Positions 1 through 5,228 of a stretch of 5,228 nucleotides of DNA are shown here, one piece after another (within the stretch, counting starts at the first letter, position 1; each line of letters begins with the position of its first letter). The translations under genes and the position numbers were made by a program. Source of the stretch: Selaginella moellendorffii (taxonomy: Eukaryota; Plantae; Lycopodiophyta); NCBI RefSeq assembly GCF_000143415.4, contig NW_003314742.1:1-5228 (forward strand), in the 5' to 3' direction. The notes under the pieces were generated by a model. The model was not told the origin of the DNA. It saw only the letters and a list, made by a program, of their open reading frames with translations, and did not search any database.

Positions 1-41
1 AAAAAGTGTTGAAGAAGGGGGAAAGACGGCATGCATCCTGA

Positions 42-1575
42 CGTGCCATCAGAAACGATCTTCAATCCGATGATTTCGCCAACGACATTTTCCCCCATCT
101 TCAGGCTGGACACCCAGTGACTCCTGACTGCCGGCGATTTGATGAGTTTGAGTTCTTAGATGGCTTATTGTACCATGGGGAGCAGCTTTATGTTCCTGAA
201 GGTGATGCTCGAAGGTTGGTTCTGATGGCGTGCCACGATAGCCCGACTGCTGGTCACTTCGGCATTGCAAAAACCTATGAGCGGGTTGCACGGGATTTTT
301 GGTGGCCTCACATGGACGACTACATCAAAGCCTTTGTTACCTCCTGTGACACTTGTGCTCGGAATAAGGTACCTCGCCACCTTCCTTCAGGTTTGCTTCA
401 ATCCCTCCCGGTCCCTTCAGGTCCTTGGGAATCCATCTCCATGGATTTCTTGAGTGATCTTCCCAATTCTGGAGGCTTCAACAGCATTTTAGTTGTGGTG
501 GATCGCTTCACAAAGATGGCACACTTCCTGCCATGTACCAAGGAGTTTTCGGGCGAGGACATGGCAAAACTGGTATTCAGGGAAATTTTCCGACTTCATG
601 GGATTCCTGCAGATGTGGTTTTGGATCGGGGACCTCAGTTCATCTCTCATTTCTAGCAACGGTTTTTGCAACTGCTAGAAGTGAAGGCCAACCTCTCCTT
701 AGCGTATCATCCTCAAACTGATGGACAGTCCGAGTGAATGATTCAGACGTTGGAACAATTCTTGAGGTGCTTCATCAACTATCATCAGGATAACTGGTTC
801 GATATCCTTCCCCTTGCTGAGTTCTCCTATAACAACTCTATTCACTCCTCTCTTCGAGTTTCCCCCTTCTTTGCAAACTCTGGTCGAAATCCTCGATTTA
901 ATCTCTCACTTCCTTCTCCATCCGACTCCTTTTGTTCAAATCCCCACTCTGAGGCATTTGTCTCCAACCTCCAGGAAATCCACAACTCCATCTCCTTCCA
1001 TCTCCATCGTGCTTAGGAATCTCACAAAACATTTGCCAATATCCATCGTCAGGATTGTCCCCCTTACCATATCAGGGATAAAGTCTGGCTCCTCAGGAGA
1101 AATATCTCCACCACCAGGCCCTGTCCAAAACTCGATTTCAAACGCCTTGGTCCATTCCCTATCACTGCCATCATTAATCCTGTCACTTATCGCCTTGCAC
1201 TTCCTTCCTCATATCAAATTCACCCCGTTTTTCACTCCTCTCTCCTTGAGCCTTATATTCCCAGTCCTATTCCAAATCGGGTCATTCCTCCGCCTCCACC
1301 AATGCAGCTTGAGGATGGGTCTGAGTACGAGGTTCAGGACATCCTTGATTCCAAGATTTCACGGTCTAAACTCTACTATCTGGTCGATTGGAAGGGTTAT
1401 GGACCTGAGGAACGCTGTGGACAACCTAATTCATTCTCCTGACCTTGTTCAGGACTTCCACCGTTGCTATCCTTCTCGTCCCAGTCCCCATTCTTTTTCT
1501 CCATCTCCCATCCCTCGCCGCTCATCTCATCCTCCTCTTCGTTCACGTTCACGTCCTCGTTCCTCTTGTTCTTGA
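42..1575 (+). pseudogene. pol: Disrupted pol C-terminus: tether, integrase (zinc finger, rve core, GPY/F) and chromodomain
   Basis: Frame +3 read through stops gives HHCC (H 234, H 255, C 345, C 354), catalytic D 444 (SMDF), D 624 (LDRG), E 732 (YHPQTDGQSE; 35 residues between D and E), [20 protein letters not shown] (GPF 1149-1157) and [13 protein letters not shown]. In-frame stops: TAG 654-656, TGA 735-737, TAG 1014-1016. Shift to frame +1 near 1417; final TGA 1573-1575. Track ORFs 117..656, 738..1016 and the tail of 814..1575 are pieces of this one gene. Confidence 0.95.
1323..1481 (+). other. Group-I (aromatic cage) chromodomain of the integrase, split by a frameshift
   Basis: [32 protein letters not shown] (frame +3, 1323-1418) continues as [22 protein letters not shown] (frame +1 from 1417). 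The conserved WEP tripeptide is missing at the junction. Confidence 0.92.
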
Positions 1576-1583
1576 GGAGGGGG
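1574..1583 (+). other. Polypurine tract (plus-strand primer)
   Basis: GAGGAGGGGG, separated by 3 nt (TGC) from the LTR start TGTCAGG; overlaps the pol stop codon. Confidence 0.9.
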
Positions 1584-1651
1584 TGCTGTCAGGAATCCCC
1601 CAATTCTTGCCACATTTCTGACTCTCACCGGATTCCTGACCTGCAGACCAC

Positions 1652-1716
1652 ATTCCTGACTCTCGAGACACTTCCCTATTCCTGACTCTTGAGACTCTTC
1701 CCTATTCCTAACTCTC
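1652..1716 (+). repeat. 2.5 copies of a 26-bp tandem repeat in the LTR U3 region
   Basis: ATTCCTGACTCTCGAGACACTTCCCT (1652-1677), ATTCCTGACTCTTGAGACTCTTCCCT (1678-1703), partial ATTCCTAACTCTC (1704-1716). Confidence 0.9.
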
Positions 1717-1839
1717 TGATTTCCTGTACGATTCTTGAGTCTCGAGCCAGATTCCTGATGATGATGTAGCGCCTCCTCGACTTTAGCTATATTTAGGCCG
1801 TCCTCGATCTAAGAGTGGTGGAGCTTCATCAACCTATAG

Positions 1840-1848
1840 TATATATAG
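1840..1848 (+). promoter_or_regulatory. Putative LTR TATA box
   Basis: TATATATAG downstream of the U3 repeats and upstream of a T-rich U5-like stretch (~1900-1960); position fits an LTR promoter. Confidence 0.55.
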
Positions 1849-1980
1849 GTTAGCCTTGTTCCATTTCTCCACAATCTGAATCAACACCAATCTAAGGCCT
1901 CTTCTTTGTTATTCACTAGCTTTTCTCTTTGTCTTTTGCATTTTCTAGTCTTGATCTTGTTGGGGGTCTTGACAATCCAC

Positions 1981-2790
1981 ATTACACTTAACACTTTTAT
2001 TCAACCACCTTTAAGATCCAATGTGAATGTCAAAACACTAAAAAAAAAATGGCATGGAAAATCAAGTTCTAAGAAGAATACCTTATCACTCGAAATAATA
2101 ATGCCACTTCCACTAACACAAGTGCTATTGATGTTAATGCCCTAATTACACATCTTCTCCATCCAACAATCTACTCTAAGTGCTAACAGATAACCAACAA
2201 GCCATAACAATTGAATGTTATAACCCTTTCCAACACCTCAATAAACAAACTTAAGGAAACAAAAAATCAATTTAAGCTTAGCATAATGGATCATCTTCGA
2301 GAATTCAATCAAAGCTATTACAATGCTACTACATGTAAGTAAACTAGCCTCACCATCAACCATTTTGGGATTGATCATTGTTTAACCAAGCAATTTCGTA
2401 AATGCATTGCTCATTATCACATAAATATGATATAAAAATCACAATGACTTGATTATCAATTGAGCAACACCACAAGCAACTCCCATGTCATTACTATAAA
2501 GGTTTATATGATTATTAAATACCAACTCAATTTGACAAAATGCAACATAAATGCCACACCCCACCGATAGAGATTTACAACACTTAACACCACTAACTTT
2601 TATTCACAATATGGACAAGTTCATGCCACTCTCTTTTTGACCAAATTCAAAACTAATCCAACACCAAGCTACTCAAGGGGCAATAGCAAGGTTCCTTGGA
2701 AAAAAATTGAGCATTGTAACCCAAGTTTTCAATAGCAAGCCTAGACAAAATGGTTTAGTGTTTCACTGCTATTCATTTCACAACTCACTA
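1981..2790 (+). mobile_element. Highly eroded older gypsy pol remnant (RT/RNase H boundary to integrase)
   Basis: Collinear motif echoes across frames: ITLNTFIQP/FKIQCE (1981-2027; cf. LALPDFTxPFxIxCDAS), VNAL (2133-2144; cf. ADAL), KLLQC..SLTINHFGI (2312-2372; cf. LxxCHDSPTAGHFGI), LTK/MQH (2532-2548; cf. TKMAH), *TKW (2742-2753; cf. WxKW). Spacing is shorter than in an intact pol. Recognised by eye only. Confidence 0.45.
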
Positions 2791-3232
2791 CTTATAAGAC
2801 CATTATTTCCAACATGCATCAATGTAAGGATTCTTGATTGCATGATGTGAACATGAGCAATGAGTCACTCTTTGTTGCAAATCATATCTCAAATAAAAAA
2901 AGATGATTTACGTGTTTGATCCTTCGTCTTTAATAATTCTCTTTTTGGTCTCATATCTGACCAAACCTCAAGCTTGCGTTTGCACTGCCTTCAGTTCAAT
3001 CCAAAAAAAATTTATGAGAGAGCGCAACAATGATTACTTAAACCAATAGACTAACCCCTACAGTCTTGATTGATCCACTTATAATCATGTATAGAAAGGA
3101 TCTACTAGTGCCGTGCTAAACAGCTACAAACCAGCTTATTTGCCACTCATAGCAAACCCATGGGAGGTTTACTTTCACCCACGATACATGGAATAACTCA
3201 TGGAATCACCAATAAGATAATATTAATCTTGC

Positions 3233-3257
3233 CAACTCAAGGTGTAACCTTGAGTTG
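3233..3257. repeat. Perfect 11-bp inverted repeat with 3-nt loop
   Basis: CAACTCAAGGT-GTA-ACCTTGAGTTG. Confidence 0.85.
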
Positions 3258-3273
3258 CTAATGTGCCTCACTC

Positions 3274-3341
3274 ATGAGCCCAAGCGCAAACTCGTGCAAA
3301 CAAAACTCCTCAATCCATCTTATGAGCCCAAGAGCAAACTC
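3274..3341. repeat. 20-bp direct repeat, 48-bp period
   Basis: ATGAGCCCAAGCGCAAACTC (3274-3293) and ATGAGCCCAAGAGCAAACTC (3322-3341), 19/20 identical. Confidence 0.85.
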
Positions 3342-3482
3342 ACATAATATACTATAAAAAGATAACCAAAACCATACTCAAGGAATGATTGCAAAGCCTT
3401 TGCACTCAAATCATTTTCATCTCTACATATGCAATGAAACTAGTTACCCAATCTCATTAGATAGTATTTGCCGAAACTCATT

Positions 3483-3500
3483 CTCTAATACCAAATGTAG
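3483..3500 (-). mobile_element. Putative 5'-LTR end plus tRNA-iMet primer-binding site of a minus-strand LTR retroelement remnant
   Basis: Minus strand reads CTACA-TT-TGGTATTAGAG: a CA terminus, 2-nt spacer and a 10/11 match to the canonical TGGTATCAGAG, differing by one C>T. The other LTR end was not found. Confidence 0.5.
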
Positions 3501-3734
3501 CACACGTGGTTTTTACCATTTTGTAGATGTCGGTGTTGGATATCGAAGAAAATGGAGCCATATGGAAGGTTTAAGTTCCATTTCGTGATTATCCTATAGT
3601 AAATCACCATAAGATAAAGGCAAAATGAACAACCAAGGTTTGATCACGAAGAGCATGGAGAATTTGTGATTCAAATCCAGATTTATAACCAAATTGGTCA
3701 AGTATGTGTTCAAATTCAAACGTTAGAGTATGCA

Positions 3735-3765
3735 TTCTGAATCCATGAATTGCTTGGATTCAGAA
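3735..3765. repeat. Perfect 11-bp inverted repeat with 9-nt loop
   Basis: TTCTGAATCCA-TGAATTGCT-TGGATTCAGAA. Confidence 0.85.
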
Positions 3766-3974
3766 CCAAAAATGTCGACAGAAAAGAGAAAGAGAAACAA
3801 AGTTATAATTCTTTAAAACCACCTTTCCATACTATTTAAGTTATAGCCTCTCCATTAAATTTTTTTATTTTTTTGCCAAAATAATAAAATTATTAGCTAA
3901 TAAAAGATACGGTGAAATCAACTACTTAATCTCCTTCAAACATTCCACACATTCTTCTTTATCAATAAATAAAA

Positions 3975-4657
3975 GTCGATAAAGCATATCGTTTTCGCCA
4001 TCTCGACAGCCTCACCACCATACAGTGAAAGTGCTCCAGATCTGGAGTTACCTACGATCAGCTCATTGCCTGGGTTGCTGTGTCGACCAAGTCAGCATCG
4101 CTACACTCAGTGAGGATGAAGTGAAAGCAATCCCGTCCGGTTTTAAGACTTCCAGAACAAAGCCGCAGGTGACCATAACTCGGCAGTCCTTCACAGTACT
4201 ACATGCTCGCTTTGAGTTGGCCACGGACGCAATGACTTCGTCTCTATATCTGGAGATAGTCAAGTGAATTACCTTCCCAATTGCCAGAGCTGCCCAAGCC
4301 TTCAGTTCTGCCACGATAGTTTATCAGCATCCCAGTTCGTTGTGCTGAGCATAGCCGGCAATCAAGATAGTCCACGATGTTGCTTCCGGGGTATTCGTTT
4401 AAAAACTTGACGAGGCTTCGACACCTTGCATAGAGATTGTCGCGACGAATATAACCTTTGCAGATCGACGAAGCTCTCTGTGTCTTCTTCACTCCAAACA
4501 CTGGAACAGGCCCTCCACTGCAGTATCAATCGTTTGAGCGTCCAGATCACAGACTCGGTACCTCATGAGAGCAAGGCATCGTCAGGTGCCGTTTAGACCA
4601 CACTAATCCCGCCGCTTAAACCTCTCGAGCACTCGCTATGCTGGTAGCACCGTACTT
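3975..4657 (-). pseudogene. Degenerate PLS-class pentatricopeptide repeat (PPR) gene fragment
   Basis: Ordered PPR pieces over shifting minus frames: SIASAREV (ending 4619), RACSSV, NLYARCRSL (4438-4412), RQVFKRIPRK (4412-4383), SWTILIAGYAQHN (4377-4339), TIVAELKAWAALAIGKVIH...VANS (4320-4213), CSTVKDCR (4203-4180), KPDGIAFTS/ILTECSDADLVD (4143-4082; cf. L2 motif PDxITFxxVLxACSHAGLVD), VTPDLEHFHCMV (from 4051; cf. S2 motif PxxEHYxCMVD), EAVEMAKTICF (4013-3981; cf. EAxxxxxxMPF). Confidence 0.88.
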
Positions 4658-5227
4658 TCACAAGCTCATAGTCAGAGAATCGTCTTCCTCCTGTGCGTTT
4701 AGCACTTTAATCCTCCACTCGGGCTCTTTCTTCTCAGTCAGAGAATCGTCCACCACAACTGCCAGAGGATTCGTCACTTCGATCCGCCACTGAGGGTCCT
4801 GAAAGATCGCATTCCTGCGCTGTTTCCTTCGAGATAACATCCATCGCACTAGCAAACAGCACGCAAGCAGCACCAAGATCGCAACCAAAACCCAGAGAAG
4901 AAGCGGGAGCAGCGACCAGGGCGTCCTCCGAGCCACTGTAACCACTGCCGCGGGTGTCGGTGTGGCCATCGCTGCGTTGTGACCGTCGCGACGATGGTGG
5001 TGGTGGTGGTGGTGGTCGTGCCGGCCTCCATGATGGTGACCATGGTGATGGTGGTGGCCTCCATGATGGTGACCATGGTGATGGTGGTGACAACCAGAGG
5101 AGCTCCATCACCGTCGATGCTGATGGTACACCGCTGCTGCTGGAGCTGGATCGTGGTGGCGAGGCGCTGGAGCTCGATCACCAGGGTGGTGGCCGCGAGC
5201 ATGAACGAAAGCAGCTGGCGCTGGAGC
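4658..5227 (-). CDS. Hypothetical single-pass membrane protein with AP-repeat and His/Gly-rich N-terminal region; open at the window edge and interrupted by TGA at 5110-5108 (possible pseudogene, or only the 103-aa ORF 4969-4658 is used)
   Basis: One frame reads APAPAAFVHARGHHPGDRAPAPRHHDPAPAAAVYHQHRR*WSSSGC-HHHHHGHHHGGHHHHHGHHHGGRHDHHHHHHH-RRDGHNAA-MATPTPAAVV...; a 22-residue hydrophobic stretch LLPLLLWVLVAILVLLACCLLV (4912-4847) is followed by basic RRKQRR (4831-4814). GC-rich compared with the flank. Confidence 0.6.
4670..4798 (-). repeat. Diverged in-frame duplication in the membrane protein tail
   Basis: DPQWRIEVTNPLAVVVDDSLT versus EPEWRIKVLNAQEEDDSLT; exact 15-mer AGTCAGAGAATCGTC at 4670-4684 and 4736-4750. 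Confidence 0.85.
4995..5016. repeat. (TGG)7 microsatellite, poly-His on the minus strand
   Basis: TGGTGGTGGTGGTGGTGGTGGT. Confidence 0.9.
5023..5088. repeat. Perfect 2 x 33-bp tandem repeat
   Basis: GGCCTCCATGATGGTGACCATGGTGATGGTGGT at 5023-5055 and 5056-5088; encodes HHHHHGHHHGG twice on the minus strand. Confidence 0.95.
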
Positions 5228-5228
5228 C

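Larger units (their letters stand above)
42..1974 (+). mobile_element. 3' portion of a Ty3/gypsy chromovirus LTR retrotransposon (Tcn1-like by inference): integrase-chromodomain, PPT, 3' LTR
   Basis: Canonical order: integrase, chromodomain, PPT (1574-1583), then TG...CA LTR (1587-1974). Integrase as the last pol domain is the gypsy arrangement. Confidence 0.95.
1587..1974 (+). repeat. 3' long terminal repeat (388 bp)
   Basis: Starts TGTCAGGAATCCCCCAA and ends TTGGGGGTCTTGACA (reverse complement TGTCAAGACCCCCAA), an imperfect terminal inverted repeat. Directly follows the PPT, and composition changes after 1974. The 5' LTR is not in the window. Predicted right TSD: ATCCA (1975-1979). Confidence 0.88.

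Noticed and set aside
49-721. Short overlapping ORFs (49..291, 165..380, 265..453, 489..671, 493..678, 533..721)
   Set aside because: Shadow frames of the integrase with no recognisable motifs.
654-1016. Stops as programmed readthrough, alternative genetic code or U-to-C editing targets
   Set aside because: The stops replace different residues (W, R, Q), one needs a G restored, and a frameshift also breaks the gene; ordinary decay explains them.
814-1416. 253-aa ORF 814..1575 as an independent gene
   Set aside because: It is an alternative frame of the integrase; only the part after ~1417 is real pol sequence.
1611-1760. CRISPR-like spaced repeats
   Set aside because: The intervening sequences are themselves repeated or irregular, there are no cas genes, and the array lies within an LTR.
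1464-2145. ORFs 1464..1685 and 1906..2145 (the latter with a hydrophobic start, env-like)
   Set aside because: Both cross LTR boundaries; the hydrophobicity comes from the T-rich U5 sequence.
3385-3588. 67-aa ORF
   Set aside because: Short, AT-rich, no motif, and spans the putative PBS/LTR junction.
3233-3765. Hairpins as Helitron 3' ends or intrinsic terminators
   Set aside because: No suitably spaced CTRR followed by T, no U-tract, AT-rich stems, and a eukaryotic context.
4034-4047. 14-bp palindrome CTCCAGATCTGGAG
   Set aside because: Coincides with the codons for PDLE in the PPR remnant; probably incidental.
4025-4550. ORFs 4025..4267, 4063..4314, 4244..4501 and 4362..4550 as separate genes
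   Set aside because: The three minus-strand ORFs each hold fragments of the same frameshifted PPR; the plus-strand ORF is its antisense shadow.
4734-5228. Pro-rich (4734..5111), Thr-rich (4849..5202) and plus-strand Gly- or Val-rich frames as the real product
   Set aside because: Low-complexity GC-rich repeats keep many frames open; only the His frame connects to a TM helix, a basic patch and a synonymously diverged repeat. Not fully excluded without expression data.

Overview
Eukaryotic-looking, TE-rich window, most consistent with a non-seed land plant such as a Selaginella-like lycophyte (inference). (1) 42-1974 (+) is the 3' part of a decayed Ty3/gypsy chromovirus: integrase with HHCC, D-D(35)-E, GPF and a group-I chromodomain, broken by three nonsense codons and one frameshift, then a polypurine tract and a 388-bp TG...CA 3' LTR with internal tandem repeats. 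(2) ~1975-2790 (+) has scattered, collinear motif traces of a much older gypsy pol, suggesting nested insertion. (3) ~3000-3500 has a minus-strand iMet primer-binding site next to an LTR-like end, plus a hairpin and direct repeats. (4) ~3975-4657 (-) is a deletion-riddled PLS-class PPR pseudogene not shown as such by the ORF track. (5) 4658->5227 (-) is an unrecognised single-pass membrane protein frame with an AP-repeat/His-Gly-rich N-terminal part, a locally disrupted frame and a duplicated tail motif; it ends exactly where the PPR remnant begins. No prokaryotic operon, CRISPR array or RNA gene is supported. The His-rich membrane ORF and its PPR junction are the best novelty candidates, but I cannot show that they form a functional system.
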